IMG/VR virus record: IMGVR_UViG_3300024259_000012
Strand: one strand, 5' to 3'
DNA from: a virus
DNA length: 64,000 nucleotides
Shown: one piece after another, positions 1-10,970 of the stretch
Numbering within the stretch: the first letter of the stretch is position 1
Layout: each line of letters begins with the position of its first letter
The notes under the pieces: generated by a model
Database searches by the model: none
What the model saw: the letters and a program-made list of their open reading frames with translations, nothing else
What the model was told of the DNA's origin: nothing
Made by a program: the position numbers and the translations under genes

Positions 1-641
1 ATTACAAGCACGTCCGCATTATTTGCATCAGCCCATTGTTTCCAACTATTGATTGCCAACTCGTATGACCCTGACCTACCATTATCAAGCTTGATATTTG
101 GTATGAAAATGATGTCCTTTGGTGGTGGACCCATTCGCTCAATGAGGTGTTCCATTAAAATTAGCGGCTTCAGTTTGGCGTTGTGGCTCGGCATCTCACC
201 CAACTTCTCAAGTGGATAAATGCTCTCCAAATCAATCAAGCTCAGTTCACCACCAATCTTAATGATGTTGGGTGGTACAAAATCATAAAAAACCAAGCCG
301 GTTCGTAGCATCGCCTTTTCTACAATGCGCCAAAATGAAGTTGGAACCAACTGTTGGTCGTATTCATTGTCGGACAACACCTCACCAATCGGCAATTTGT
401 ATCCAACCACCTCACCATCTTCATAAATATATTCAATGTCTGGGTGAACCAACCCATCAAAAAAGTTAGCGGCGAGTGCTTGGCGAAAATAGGGTAGCCT
501 TACATACTCAGGGTGGAATACTTTGTAATAGTGTGTAGCATCCTTGTAGATGGCACGCCCGTGATTTACAAATTTAACATAGTGGTTGTATTTGTCACGA
601 ACCACTTCCAATTTACTTAGGTCTAAATCTTTACGTTGCAT
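1..641 (-). CDS. Partial CDS running off the left edge: kinase-like N-terminal domain, probably fused to a glycosyltransferase-like region
   Basis: Not in ORF track. Manual translation from ATG at 641: MQRKDLDLSK...FYDFVPPNII...LSLIDLESIY... (D-x-x-x-x-N and IDL kinase-like motifs), open to the window edge. Confidence 0.55.
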   Translation of the reverse strand, partial: MQRKDLDLSKLEVVRDKYNHYVKFVNHGRAIYKDATHYYKVFHPEYVRLPYFRQALAANFFDGLVHPDIEYIYEDGEVVGYKLPIGEVLSDNEYDQQLVPTSFWRIVEKAMLRTGLVFYDFVPPNIIKIGGELSLIDLESIYPLEKLGEMPSHNAKLKPLILMEHLIERMGPPPKDIIFIPNIKLDNGRSGSYELAINSWKQWADANNADVLV

Positions 642-1717
642 ATATCTCCTACTAATTGTCCCATAATGAATAATTCCTGTATCTCCGGAAGCTCTGACAT
701 GTCCGGCCCTATCGTCAATCTAATCCAATTTTCTCGTGGGTCATGTGGTATTGAAACCCCACCTCTGTACGCAATATTGGGGTGCGCATCCAACACTGTT
801 GTAGCAAATGTATTATCAAATTCATCGTTGAAGTGTATCCAATTGGAATTTGTATTCATAACTTCATATCCGGATTCCACCAACAACTGACACATTTTCA
901 TTTTCTCTTTCAAGACACCGGCCACATACCCGTCTATCACCCGTGGGTGGTCTAAGACATATGAACCCCACCTTGCAGAAATGCCGGTGACCTCATGCAT
1001 CAGTCTCCATTTTGAAATATATTCCATCAAATTATCATGTGCAATAATGTATCCAATTCGTGCGCCTGCACTTCCTAATCCTTTGGAAAATGTCCTGCAG
1101 ATTGCGACATTCTCATAACGTAGTGTAAAAGCATGTTGTGGTCGCATCAAAAATTCATCGTATGCTTCATCAATCAATAGCGGGATGCCCAATCGGTGTG
1201 TTTCCTTTACAAGCGGTAACAATCCGCCGGTTCCCTTGGCATCTCCGATTGGATTATTTGGGTTGGCAACCATCACAAGTGACGTGTTTGAATTCAGCTT
1301 GGAAATCATGTCTGCTACCGACCATTCCATTTCTTCACTGTATTCTACACCCACAAATTTAGCACCATACAATTCCGAATACACTTTGTACATTGGAAAG
1401 CACGGGTCGGTTGAAACAACCTCACTACCGTGAGTGACTGAAACATCAAACATGGTGCGGATGGCAACATCGGAGCCAGGTGTTAAAAATACGTTTTTAA
1501 CCTCAACCCCATTCAATTCCGCAATCTTCTGCTTAAGCTCAAGGACATACGGATATGCTATGATATCTGTCTGCTTGATGCTGTCCAAGAAAGTATTAAA
1601 AAACTTATCAGAATATAATTCTGTGCGTTCGCTTTGGTCAAACCGATACTCTATTGAGCTTTTATCAACGTGGTCATCCTTGCGGTATATGCCTTGTAAC
1701 CATGGCTTTACTCTCAT
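623..1717 (-). CDS. PLP-dependent aminotransferase class I/II (HisC-like)
   Basis: GSD, NPNNPIG, IDEAY, RTFSKGLGSAGARIGY motifs. Confidence 0.85.
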   Translation of the reverse strand: MRVKPWLQGIYRKDDHVDKSSIEYRFDQSERTELYSDKFFNTFLDSIKQTDIIAYPYVLELKQKIAELNGVEVKNVFLTPGSDVAIRTMFDVSVTHGSEVVSTDPCFPMYKVYSELYGAKFVGVEYSEEMEWSVADMISKLNSNTSLVMVANPNNPIGDAKGTGGLLPLVKETHRLGIPLLIDEAYDEFLMRPQHAFTLRYENVAICRTFSKGLGSAGARIGYIIAHDNLMEYISKWRLMHEVTGISARWGSYVLDHPRVIDGYVAGVLKEKMKMCQLLVESGYEVMNTNSNWIHFNDEFDNTFATTVLDAHPNIAYRGGVSIPHDPRENWIRLTIGPDMSELPEIQELFIMGQLVGDICNVKI

Positions 1718-2628
1718 TAGTTATTTACTCCCAATTCTGTTAATATTGGAACCAACTCTTTGTATGAGCAATTCTTGCAATGGTCGGTTGGTTCGTTGGT
1801 CATGCAACCATGCTTGATTTTCATGAATGCATCGGTCTCTCGGATTTCATCAATGCTATCCACAAATATGTTTCCAACTGGGGTCGCCCCTGTATTCATG
1901 CAACATATTTTCACATCACCACTAACAGTCATGTACATTCCATTGTGTACCCAAAAGCAATCTTCAAAATCCCAAACAGATTTTCCCTTGATTGCAGGTA
2001 AGTATGTTTTCAAAAATGCAATTTGCTCGGGTATATAGCCCAGCGAGTCCTCAGCAGAAATCGTTGAATCTTCATCCCACGACTGAACAATATTTAACCG
2101 CAACTCACCTAAATCGTATTTTTCAATCAGACGTTCAACGTGTGGAATCTCAAACACATTGTCTGGATTCACGGTGTAGTTTACAACAACCTCACATCCC
2201 TGTCGGTCAATGTCTTTGAAATCCTCTAAGAATTTAATCAGCGTTGTCCATTTTGCAGGTGACCGGTCACGCTCATAGCTCTCTTCAAATCCATCTATTG
2301 AAAAATATAATTCATCAATGTATTCCAGCGAGCGTTTAAATTTGTCGCCCAATTTGTATTGACAATTTGTAGCAACTATGACCTTACACTTTGGGAAGGT
2401 TTGTTTGAATCTCTTACAAACCTCATCAAATTGAGGGTGCAATAATGGTTCACCCATTCCCATTAATTTGGCTTCTGCAATTGGGTGGTGCTTCAGCTTT
2501 TCCAGCACGATGTCCCATTTAACCAATGACATGTGGGAAAGCTTGCCAATAACCTCATGCCGATTACAGAATGAGCAATTGAGATTGCAATAATTTGTGG
2601 TTTCTAAATATGCGTATGTTATGCTCAT
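1717..2628 (-). CDS. Radical SAM protein with SPASM/twitch domain
   Basis: CNLNCSFC motif, GMGEPLLHP, C-terminal C...GDVKICC...GN...CKNC; likely start MSITYAY at 2628. Confidence 0.85.
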   Translation of the reverse strand: MSITYAYLETTNYCNLNCSFCNRHEVIGKLSHMSLVKWDIVLEKLKHHPIAEAKLMGMGEPLLHPQFDEVCKRFKQTFPKCKVIVATNCQYKLGDKFKRSLEYIDELYFSIDGFEESYERDRSPAKWTTLIKFLEDFKDIDRQGCEVVVNYTVNPDNVFEIPHVERLIEKYDLGELRLNIVQSWDEDSTISAEDSLGYIPEQIAFLKTYLPAIKGKSVWDFEDCFWVHNGMYMTVSGDVKICCMNTGATPVGNIFVDSIDEIRETDAFMKIKHGCMTNEPTDHCKNCSYKELVPILTELGVNN

Positions 2629-3341
2629 GTTGTGGTGGCTCCCCATTGGTTACCAAATTCGTAATTAAACATTTCTATATCTTTAGCGAATCGGGTTTCA
2701 ACAATGTGTCGTCCCTCATTGCTATACATTTCATGGTATGAATCTATTTTCTGAAAATACCCATCATGCGTTCTAATGTTGCTTCTCATTTGTGGCAACT
2801 CCGGCAATTCAAACATAGGCAGTCCCAGCCCCTCAAATAACTCAGCACAATTGGCTTCCAAATTTTCAAAGTGAACAATATAGTCAACCATTAGCTTGCC
2901 ATCATCGCCTGTAATCCAATCCGCACATGGACTTAAAATTCTGCGATTTGTGTGAGTCAATCCATCAATCGTTCGCTCTTCATAATCCGGTGAAATGTCG
3001 TGTGTAAATGCGTCTCTCAACCAATCATCAAATGATGCCTTCACATACGATAAGCTTTTTGGATTGCACACGTTCTTTCTGTACTGAGACAGCATTCTGT
3101 CCCATGGATTACGGACGATTGCAAATTTAATATAATCTTCCCAAGTTTCTCCGAGTGCCAACTTATACTCGTGAGCATCCCAATGTTGAGAATGTGGGAA
3201 TTTGATATCAGGATGACCGAATCCTTCGGTTGCCGCATACTTGAAACCATATGGCTCCAATGCTTGATTTACCGAATTTCCACCGGTCTTATTAATGTGT
3301 ACAAACACAAATTTGATTGGTGCGTTTTCATTAGCTATCAT
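2625..3341 (-). CDS. Sulfotransferase family 2-like protein
   Basis: FVHINKTGGNS (PAPS-binding) and VRNPWDRMLSQY motifs; ends at TGA in an ATGA overlap (only 2 more residues to TAA if read through). Confidence 0.8.
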   Translation of the reverse strand: MIANENAPIKFVFVHINKTGGNSVNQALEPYGFKYAATEGFGHPDIKFPHSQHWDAHEYKLALGETWEDYIKFAIVRNPWDRMLSQYRKNVCNPKSLSYVKASFDDWLRDAFTHDISPDYEERTIDGLTHTNRRILSPCADWITGDDGKLMVDYIVHFENLEANCAELFEGLGLPMFELPELPQMRSNIRTHDGYFQKIDSYHEMYSNEGRHIVETRFAKDIEMFNYEFGNQWGATTT

Positions 3342-3858
3342 TGAAAATTACTCCATGTAATTTTAGCAGGGAAACGTTGTGGTCTACACACACATCTTCA
3401 ACCCTACCGTTTAAATATAAATACAAATCTACGTCGTTCAACACGTTGGTATACAAGTCTTCCGAATCCAACATGATATGTTTTATTAACCCCGTGGCCA
3501 ATAGGCTGTCCAAATTTAATACACCCTTCAAGGTCTCAATCTTGGGCACGAACCCAACACCATCAGGCAGTGCATCACATATCACTTTTACTTCGGTCAC
3601 GTCCTCAACATTGGATACTGCGAAATATTCAATGTTGTCATGCTTGGCCATTTCAGTCAAAGTTTCGTTCAATGGAATTGTGGGAACGGGTGGTTTGGTT
3701 CTACCCTTTGGATAGTCCAAAAATACAGGGTGCCCGCACTTCAAAAATTTACGCAACTCCGCCATATCCTTGACATGCGCCATGTTGATACGAACCACCA
3801 CATCTTCCAACTTTTGAAATTGTGGTAGTCCTAACAAGTGATTAGATATTAGTATCAT
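3331..3858 (-). CDS. Pyruvate kinase/HpcH-type barrel-like protein
   Basis: VRINMAH and VPKIETLKGVLNLDSLL resemble PK/HpcH barrel motifs. Confidence 0.55.
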   Translation of the reverse strand: MILISNHLLGLPQFQKLEDVVVRINMAHVKDMAELRKFLKCGHPVFLDYPKGRTKPPVPTIPLNETLTEMAKHDNIEYFAVSNVEDVTEVKVICDALPDGVGFVPKIETLKGVLNLDSLLATGLIKHIMLDSEDLYTNVLNDVDLYLYLNGRVEDVCVDHNVSLLKLHGVIFNDS

Positions 3859-4195
3859 TTAATGCCTCCCGTATTTTCGTAGCCGAAATAGCTTCAATTT
3901 CTGCAGGCGGCTCATGTTCTATAATACCATACCCAACATCTCTACCATAATTAACCGATTCAATCGCCGGAATTACTGTCAACGATACAAGGTCAGCTTC
4001 AATTTCAGCTTCATATCGTTTTTGCAAATTCCCATACACCTCTCATGATGTGTAAATGTTTTTCTCACCATCGGGTTCCAAGTCCATAATAGCAATTGCT
4101 ACAAACTTACCCTCGTTCAACATCTTTGTAACCATTCACGCATGTCCATCATGGAACGGTTGAAATCTACCAATATACAATGACCACTTTTTCAT
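3842..4195 (-). CDS. Cytidylyltransferase-like (HxGH) protein, 117 aa with 2 in-frame TGA
   Basis: MKKWSLYIGRFQPFHDGHA*MVTK...YTS*EVYG...ISATKIRE; TGA at 4136-4138 and 4043-4045; TAATG coupling to upstream gene. Confidence 0.8.
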
Positions 4196-4986
4196 TATTC
4201 AACGTCTCCTTTGTATTCGCCCTTTAAAAATTCTATAAATGTGTCCACTTGAACAAACAACTGATTGTGTATTTCTGCGGACATCTCTTCATTTTCATCT
4301 TGGATATCTTCAAGTGACCTACCGGATTCTTCAGCCAATTTTCTGTCGGGTCGGGTTATCATATCCCGTGACCCTGCCCAATGATGATATATTTTATCCT
4401 CATACAATCCAAAATACAATGGATGGTAATTTACAACATTGCTCCGCTGTACTGGATAGTAATTAAATTTATCATTGTCCTTTAACCATTGCACAACACC
4501 ACCGAGCCAGTTACCTTGCGCACTTGTCATTTTTCTGCTCATTGGATAATCAATACCCTCGTTCAAATATTCTGCGGGGAAGCACCAAAAGGCACAGTGT
4601 GGAATCTTATGGTTTTGGTCCCACTCGTGGTTTGGCTCTTCCAGTCCAACAAATGGATACTCTTTCAACTTTCCAAGTGCCCACTCATCTATATCCTCTA
4701 CCGGAAATGCATCAGAATCAAACACCATAATGGTGTCGCCATCTTCCATGGCTTCCTTTACAATCGGAATCAATAATTTGAATGCGTCGCTTTGATGTGA
4801 AACTTCACCAACCTTGCCTTGTAAACATACGTCAAATTTGAAGCTGTTTCGCTCATACTCTCCCTCAGACATATTACCCAACCGAGTGTATGTTCTATAA
4901 TCTTGTTTGATATGTCGGGCGAAAGCACGGGTCTGAATATCAATCCAATGTTCAGATGCCCAATGTACTGTTAAAATATGAATCAT
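4195..4986 (-). CDS. Putative glycosyltransferase (GT-A-like)
   Basis: FDSDAFP DxD motif; glyco-island context. Confidence 0.5.
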   Translation of the reverse strand: MIHILTVHWASEHWIDIQTRAFARHIKQDYRTYTRLGNMSEGEYERNSFKFDVCLQGKVGEVSHQSDAFKLLIPIVKEAMEDGDTIMVFDSDAFPVEDIDEWALGKLKEYPFVGLEEPNHEWDQNHKIPHCAFWCFPAEYLNEGIDYPMSRKMTSAQGNWLGGVVQWLKDNDKFNYYPVQRSNVVNYHPLYFGLYEDKIYHHWAGSRDMITRPDRKLAEESGRSLEDIQDENEEMSAEIHNQLFVQVDTFIEFLKGEYKGDVE

Positions 4987-4994
4987 AATTTTCC

Positions 4995-5912
4995 TTACTG
5001 TATTGGCATGTCATTGAAACCGGACTTGCTCTTATCCAATTTTGATTGGTCTGCATCCACAAGCCTAAATCTTGCTTGAACCTCTGTATTTTGCCGAACA
5101 TACTCTTCCTCAAATCGCTCAAAATTGGCGATGTCAAATTTGGTGTTCGGTATGTATTCGGGATTCTTAAAGTATGCCCGCAATGCTTCCGTTTCAGTCT
5201 CCTGAAAAAATTCAAATTTTATTGCTTCTGCCAAGCCGCTCCTTTGCAACTGTGAATATATTTCATCATGTGGACTATGCAACACATCCGATACTGTCAT
5301 GTGTTCATACACGCCCGCTATCTTATTCACGTTAGCAGAACTTGAAAAGAAAAATGCGTCGTATAATCTCAATCGTTCAGCCTGAAATGCCTGTAGCCAC
5401 TTTTTAGTGTGGCAGTCGCAGGTTGTGTCTGTCCAATCACGGCTTTGAAATTCAGGTGCTCTAACACCATCAACCCAACCGTGCGGTTTGGTGTGTCTGA
5501 AATACACATATTGGTTATCAAATTTTTCAAAATTCAGGGGAACAAAAAACACATGGTCAAATCTATATACCATAACCCAATCATACTCAAATCCGTGTTC
5601 TTTCTCATACTCAGTTTTCAAATTTACAGACATTGCCGTTGAATACCAACGACTCGCTATTGCGTTGTCTCTAATTGTAGATTGCCCGAAATTTATCTGT
5701 GGCTCTACAATATAGTCTTTTGGATTGTATAAGTCAAGTAGTATTTTCTCATGGTCAACACTCCAACTGTGAATGAATACATCCACATCATTGTGCTCAA
5801 ATATATTTTTGTTGTGGAAGTAGTGCCCTAATCGTGGGTCAATGTCCTTACCCAACCCCATTCCGAAATTGGATGCCCCGACGATTCCTGGCAAGCATAG
5901 TGCGATTCTCAT
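4995..5912 (-). CDS. Hypothetical glycosylation-island protein (GT-like)
   Basis: MRIALCLPG...DVFIHSW...YDWVMVYRFD pattern typical of proteins in polysaccharide loci. Confidence 0.5.
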   Translation of the reverse strand: MRIALCLPGIVGASNFGMGLGKDIDPRLGHYFHNKNIFEHNDVDVFIHSWSVDHEKILLDLYNPKDYIVEPQINFGQSTIRDNAIASRWYSTAMSVNLKTEYEKEHGFEYDWVMVYRFDHVFFVPLNFEKFDNQYVYFRHTKPHGWVDGVRAPEFQSRDWTDTTCDCHTKKWLQAFQAERLRLYDAFFFSSSANVNKIAGVYEHMTVSDVLHSPHDEIYSQLQRSGLAEAIKFEFFQETETEALRAYFKNPEYIPNTKFDIANFERFEEEYVRQNTEVQARFRLVDADQSKLDKSKSGFNDMPIQ

Positions 5913-6985
5913 TATATCAATTCCTTTAGGTCATGTGAATTTCTAACCATGTTCACCGCTGTGGCTGTTGGGAATGAATTTGTTGGCGAGTAGTCGTTCA
6001 CCAATACCCTCTCACAATGCATCAGGTCAAATATAATTTGATGATAACGAATGTCCAATCTATCCAATTGCTTCAAGGTCACCTCTTTGAATGAACTCTT
6101 CCTGCTTGTGGTAATTATGACCCTCACTGTCCCACTATCATACATTTCATTGATGATATCCACATTTTCCTGTATAGCTCCGGTGGTGCCCCAAATTGGT
6201 TCAAACATCTCACTTGAACTGTTTACAAGCACACCATCCAAGTCAATGAATATCGTCTTGTAGCGTTCTTTGTATTTGTTCCAATCTGCAAGGGTGCCCC
6301 AATCTTCATAGTTGGTAACCTTAGAAGTTTTAAACAGTTTCCCATCAAGCACTTGCTCAAAAATAACGTGCGATATAAAAATTTCAGGGTCGGTGGACTG
6401 TGCGGGTCTACTGAATGATTGTGTAGCCTTCAGAGCCTTGAAGGTTTCCACGAACTGTTCTGCGCTACTGAAGCTATATCCACCACAACAAAACTTGTCG
6501 CTGATTATACGCTTCTCTACAATATTTGTGACGTTCTCCAAGTGGTCAACGGTTACATAGCTTTTGTTCTTGGCTATGACCTCTTCCATGTCATACAATG
6601 AATAAACCGATACCATGTTTGGTTCAATGGGTCCGGTAACAAAGTAGTCATCACAATCCTTGATGTAAATTTCACCTTCAATATTAGCCTTCTGAATTGT
6701 TATTGCTACCGTCTCGCTCTGTGAAGATGTTGGGGTGTCAAGACCAATCAATTCAAATGGTAGACCAAACTTTTCAAATGAGTCATATATTGCGGTTTGT
6801 AATCCATATTTTACAACATCATATCGCATGGCAGTCATCACAATCCTGTCAAAATTAGACAAGTCAATTCCAGACATACCTTCAACAATCATCAGTTCAC
6901 CATTTGGGTGAGTCAGTGACCATTTAGGTCGCATATTAGGATATCTTGTGCTTGCACCGGCGGCGGGTAATATTAACGTAAACAT
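5912..6985 (-). CDS. Sugar-phosphate nucleotidyltransferase fused to a HAD-family domain
   Basis: LPAAGASTRY...PKW N-terminus, DWGT, then FIDLDGVL HAD motif I. Confidence 0.8.
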   Translation of the reverse strand: MFTLILPAAGASTRYPNMRPKWSLTHPNGELMIVEGMSGIDLSNFDRIVMTAMRYDVVKYGLQTAIYDSFEKFGLPFELIGLDTPTSSQSETVAITIQKANIEGEIYIKDCDDYFVTGPIEPNMVSVYSLYDMEEVIAKNKSYVTVDHLENVTNIVEKRIISDKFCCGGYSFSSAEQFVETFKALKATQSFSRPAQSTDPEIFISHVIFEQVLDGKLFKTSKVTNYEDWGTLADWNKYKERYKTIFIDLDGVLVNSSSEMFEPIWGTTGAIQENVDIINEMYDSGTVRVIITTSRKSSFKEVTLKQLDRLDIRYHQIIFDLMHCERVLVNDYSPTNSFPTATAVNMVRNSHDLKELI

Positions 6986-7788
6986 AGTAAATTTATCTCC
7001 TTTAATAACATATCAATTATAACCTTGTCTGTTGCATACGGCACGATTCTCATCAAATTCAAAATCTGAAATGGAACGTAGTATTTTTTGTAATACTCCT
7101 CATCAGAAAACGTGGCCGTGAATTGCCTGTCTATGTATGTAAAAACCTGTTGCAGTCGTACTCTATGCTCCATGTTCCCCAATAGATACAATGACCAAAA
7201 ATAATGCGTGTCCTGCCTGACCTTAACAATGTCTTGCAATGGGCTGTCCAAGAAGGTATCCAAAAAATCTATTAATGCAACCTCATTATTATAAAACAGC
7301 ATATTTGAGAATGTCAAGTCTCCATGGCAATATCCCATTGGAATATCAATGGTGTCATCAAGCTCATAAAATAGTCAATCCAAATGGCTCATGACAATTC
7401 CATGCGCTTTGAAAATATCAGTCTTCACCGACTCAAACTTGTCAACCACAACCTTGCGACTAACCGACCCAACCGATTCAATGTTGGAACTAACAAATGC
7501 ACAAAGTCTTCCAATGAAAGCATCCAACTGGTCTTTTGTTGCTACTATGAAAAATTGGTCAAATGACTGATATGGTAATAATTCCATTTCAAATGAAAAT
7601 ATACCATCATCGGTAATATCAAAATCATAAACTTCAGGACAGCCGAAATACTCACTCTGAAACCGCTCCTGTTTTATTCATTGGTTTTTCAACCGATTTG
7701 AATATTTGGGCGAACCCGACCGTTTTACCAAATGGTCATTTACTATCTCAAATGTACAGCCGGAATGACTGAGTGCATCAAATTTCAA
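6973..7788 (-). CDS. Aminoglycoside/choline-kinase-like phosphotransferase, 271 aa with 2 in-frame TGA
   Basis: Joins track ORFs 7375..7587 and 6973..7338 plus upstream frame from TTG at 7788; TGA at 7678-7680 and 7375-7377; HGDLTFSN and LIDF motifs. Confidence 0.8.
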
Positions 7789-7789
7789 A

Positions 7790-8860
7790 TTAGACCTTTT
7801 CCCAAAAATCATCACCCGTTTGGGTGGTTGTCCAAAAAATAGCGGTCATCTCTCCAATGCCCGTGTTTGTAATATCATGCGTGTAAAATGTTGGCATGTC
7901 TATAACCTTAATATTGGTGCCGCTCACATCATATTCCAACACCTCGTCAGTACCAATTTTACGCATCCGTATAGTCGCTTCGCCCGAGACAACACAAAAC
8001 CTCTCAAATTTATGCAAATGGTAATGCCCACCTCGTGTAAATCTTGGGTTGGTGGTTGATGTAAAAACCTTGCCCCGTGACCCGAATTCAATAACTTCAT
8101 TTAGCGTTCCCCTGGTGTCACTATGTGGAACCGTAGGGAATGGTCTATTTTTAGGCAAAATAAAACTCCTAAAAGTATTGAACAATTTCAAATCAAAATG
8201 TGAAGAAAATTCAGGAACTACGCCGCCTTGAGAATATGTATCATGCCACCTATTGAATGTCCGCAACACTTCACTTACCATCATTCCTTGACCTCTGAAT
8301 GGAAGGGATTGACCATGTTCAATATAATATTTGAATGTCTTAACGACATCACTTACATGGGTCAGCCGAACATAAGCGTCTTCCAAAATCGTAGGCTCTT
8401 CACCATTGCAAATCTTGTGTGCAAATGTAGCAACAAATGAATTGTAATTGGGCTTGCCGAATTCACCAAATACATTTGGAATCCTAAAGGATTTGTGTTC
8501 ATGTAACACATGCTCAGCCTCTCGCTTACCTGCTCCGTATGCTTCACCATCTGCCAAGTATTTGCTCAACAACTCTGGCAACTCGTCAACCTTAGTTGAG
8601 GATGCAAATATTATTTTACAGTCGGGACTTACAGCATCCCTCAATTTATGAGCCAATAAAACATTAGTGCGATATATGCCTTGAGCAGAACCACGATTTT
8701 TACCTGCTAAGTGGATGACCCAATCACATTCTTTAATTTTGGGGTCGTCCCAAAAGTTCCGTTGGTTAAATGGGATGACTTCCCAATCGGTTGTAAGCCT
8801 CAGAGTGTGATACATGTGGTAACCAATGAACCCACCGGCTCCTGTGATTCCTACTTTCAT
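7790..8860 (-). CDS. NAD-dependent sugar reductase with C-terminal cupin (CapF/WbjC/FnlB-like)
   Basis: GAGGFIG, HLAGKNR, YGAGK, PNVFG...PNYNSFVATF, RGGHYHLHKFERFCVVSG. Confidence 0.85.
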   Translation of the reverse strand: MKVGITGAGGFIGYHMYHTLRLTTDWEVIPFNQRNFWDDPKIKECDWVIHLAGKNRGSAQGIYRTNVLLAHKLRDAVSPDCKIIFASSTKVDELPELLSKYLADGEAYGAGKREAEHVLHEHKSFRIPNVFGEFGKPNYNSFVATFAHKICNGEEPTILEDAYVRLTHVSDVVKTFKYYIEHGQSLPFRGQGMMVSEVLRTFNRWHDTYSQGGVVPEFSSHFDLKLFNTFRSFILPKNRPFPTVPHSDTRGTLNEVIEFGSRGKVFTSTTNPRFTRGGHYHLHKFERFCVVSGEATIRMRKIGTDEVLEYDVSGTNIKVIDMPTFYTHDITNTGIGEMTAIFWTTTQTGDDFWEKV

Positions 8861-9846
8861 TATCCATTCTCCGCAAAATCTTTGACTTTATTTAACAGGG
8901 CTTGCAATTCGTCACCTTCAGCTAAATGTAAATCAGACCGGTATGGCACCGCATCATAACTTTCCGTTGTGCGACCTTGACCAATTACATAATAATTCTG
9001 ACTGAATGGCCCGAATGTATGCATTAAAAGTCGTTGAAATTCAAACTTGCTAATCATTTCTTCATGAAGTTTTTCACCATCACGTATAGGAATCTTCTTA
9101 AATTCAATATCAGGGTTGCCCGAAGCTTCACCGATGGCTCGCATCATATCAACTATTTTCACAGCTTTAACCTTCGGGACAACAATATTTCCTTCAGATT
9201 TATCTGGATTATCAAGTGACCAATCTATGGTCGCTATTGCCTCATCCAAAGTTAATAGAAACCGTGTCATCTCCATATCCGTAATTGTAATGTAGTCTTG
9301 ACCTTCCATAATCAAACGCCTGAACAGTGGTATAATTGAACGTGTTGAATTCATGACATTACCATACCTGACAATGTGAACCTTTGTGTCTAATTGTCTT
9401 TTTGAAAAGTCAACATAAAGTTGTTCTGAAATTGCCTTACACATTCCATATACATTTATTGGATTACATGCCTTGTCTGTGGATACGAACACTAAACGCT
9501 GGACTGGATTTGGACTTTCCTCAACCGCATCAATTACATTTTGATGACCAATAATATTTGTCTTGACCGACTCATATGGGTTTGCTTGGCAAGTCCACAC
9601 AGTTTTGAGTGCGGCGGCTTGAATAACAATATCAGGTTGGAATGATAGCAATGCTCTGTCAATACTTTCACGGTCTTTTACATCACCCAAAATGCATCTG
9701 ACATCAGGCCATTTCAATTTTAAATCTTCTTGTTTATGCTCGTCCCTTGAAAAAACGCACACCACATTATCCTCTTTGTATCTTGCAACCAATGCTTGAC
9801 CCAATGCTCCGGAACCACCAATTATGAGTATCCGTTTATCTATCAT
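8860..9846 (-). CDS. UDP-GlcNAc 4,6-dehydratase (CapE/WbjB/FnlA/PseB-like)
   Basis: GGSGALG, FSRDEHKQ, STDKACNPINVYGMCKA, RYGNV, GEKLHEEM; likely start MIDKRIL at 9846. Confidence 0.85.
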   Translation of the reverse strand: MIDKRILIIGGSGALGQALVARYKEDNVVCVFSRDEHKQEDLKLKWPDVRCILGDVKDRESIDRALLSFQPDIVIQAAALKTVWTCQANPYESVKTNIIGHQNVIDAVEESPNPVQRLVFVSTDKACNPINVYGMCKAISEQLYVDFSKRQLDTKVHIVRYGNVMNSTRSIIPLFRRLIMEGQDYITITDMEMTRFLLTLDEAIATIDWSLDNPDKSEGNIVVPKVKAVKIVDMMRAIGEASGNPDIEFKKIPIRDGEKLHEEMISKFEFQRLLMHTFGPFSQNYYVIGQGRTTESYDAVPYRSDLHLAEGDELQALLNKVKDFAENG

Positions 9847-9857
9847 GTAACCTCCAA

Positions 9858-10766
9858 TTAAATATTTATATAATTTGTTGCTCTCACGTAATTTCCACTT
9901 TTCCAAGTGTTCCGCTCAACCTTCTCGGGCGTCCACAAATGAGCTAACATATACGATGGCGAGTATCTTGCTGTGGCCTCATTCATGCCGGTTTCATTCC
10001 CACAATTCATCTTTGCATTTGCCTTCAGATACAATTGCTGTCTAAGGTTCAATTTCATATCCTTTACGCTTATGAGATTCTTTAGAAAATCAAACTGCTT
10101 CATAACCTGTTCATCTTCACAGTAATATAACCAAGTGTCAATGGTGTTGTTCTCTTTCATGAAGTCCAAAAGGGGCTTAGCATGTGATGTCAATTCATAG
10201 GTAGATGACAGCATTAAATAACCATATTCCTTTGCAGGAATCAATTTTGAAAACTCAGCTTCCTCTTCCTCACTAAAATAAATATCAGGTGAAGAGTCCA
10301 AACGCTCATCTTTTTTGAAATTCCAGAAAATTAACATTTGTTCCAACAATGGAACCTTCCAATCGGTCTCATCATAAATGTGGTAATGGTCGTGAAACAC
10401 TTCTCCTGCAAATTCATCTACAAATTCATCCACATATGGGTTGTTAGCAAATATCAATTCAGGAACTATTGAAGCGTCAAATGTACCATAACCCCAAGTG
10501 CCCAAATATTCACCGAACACTTCCTTTAGCATTTTACCGGACGGCACAACTACTTTACAATTTGGATACTTTTGTTTAAGCAACCTTGGCATGGCGGATA
10601 AAATAACCCAATCACCAATTCCATGTGATGCTCGCATAACCATAAATTCTTGACGTTCTAAATACTCGGGCGGGATGCCGTAAGCCTCATCTGCAGGCCA
10701 ACCCAACATTTCAACCTCACCTGCTGAATAAACTGTGTTGTCATATATTCTAAAAAATACAGGCAT
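9858..10766 (-). CDS. Putative GT9-like (heptosyltransferase-type) glycosyltransferase
   Basis: HGIGDWVILSAMPRLLKQKYP and NNPYVDE motifs. Confidence 0.6.
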   Translation of the reverse strand: MPVFFRIYDNTVYSAGEVEMLGWPADEAYGIPPEYLERQEFMVMRASHGIGDWVILSAMPRLLKQKYPNCKVVVPSGKMLKEVFGEYLGTWGYGTFDASIVPELIFANNPYVDEFVDEFAGEVFHDHYHIYDETDWKVPLLEQMLIFWNFKKDERLDSSPDIYFSEEEEAEFSKLIPAKEYGYLMLSSTYELTSHAKPLLDFMKENNTIDTWLYYCEDEQVMKQFDFLKNLISVKDMKLNLRQQLYLKANAKMNCGNETGMNEATARYSPSYMLAHLWTPEKVERNTWKSGNYVRATNYINI

Positions 10767-10970
10767 TTATACCTTCCTTATGAACGTAGCAAGCCTATCA
10801 TTGCAAGACAATTCAATTGAAGATGTGTTGTCTTTAATGTAGCGCATGTCTTCGGGTGTTAAAAATGGGGTGTCAATAAACTCCCCACTTATTAGTGATG
10901 CAGTTACATAACAGTCTTTACCCTGCAGTATTGAATTGTCTCTACCTTTTACTGGCATTTGACCAACCAT
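10767..10970 (-). CDS. Small hypothetical protein
   Basis: Fills the gap in the minus-strand operon; TAA stop abuts the next start. Confidence 0.45.
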   Translation of the reverse strand: MVGQMPVKGRDNSILQGKDCYVTASLISGEFIDTPFLTPEDMRYIKDNTSSIELSCNDRLATFIRKV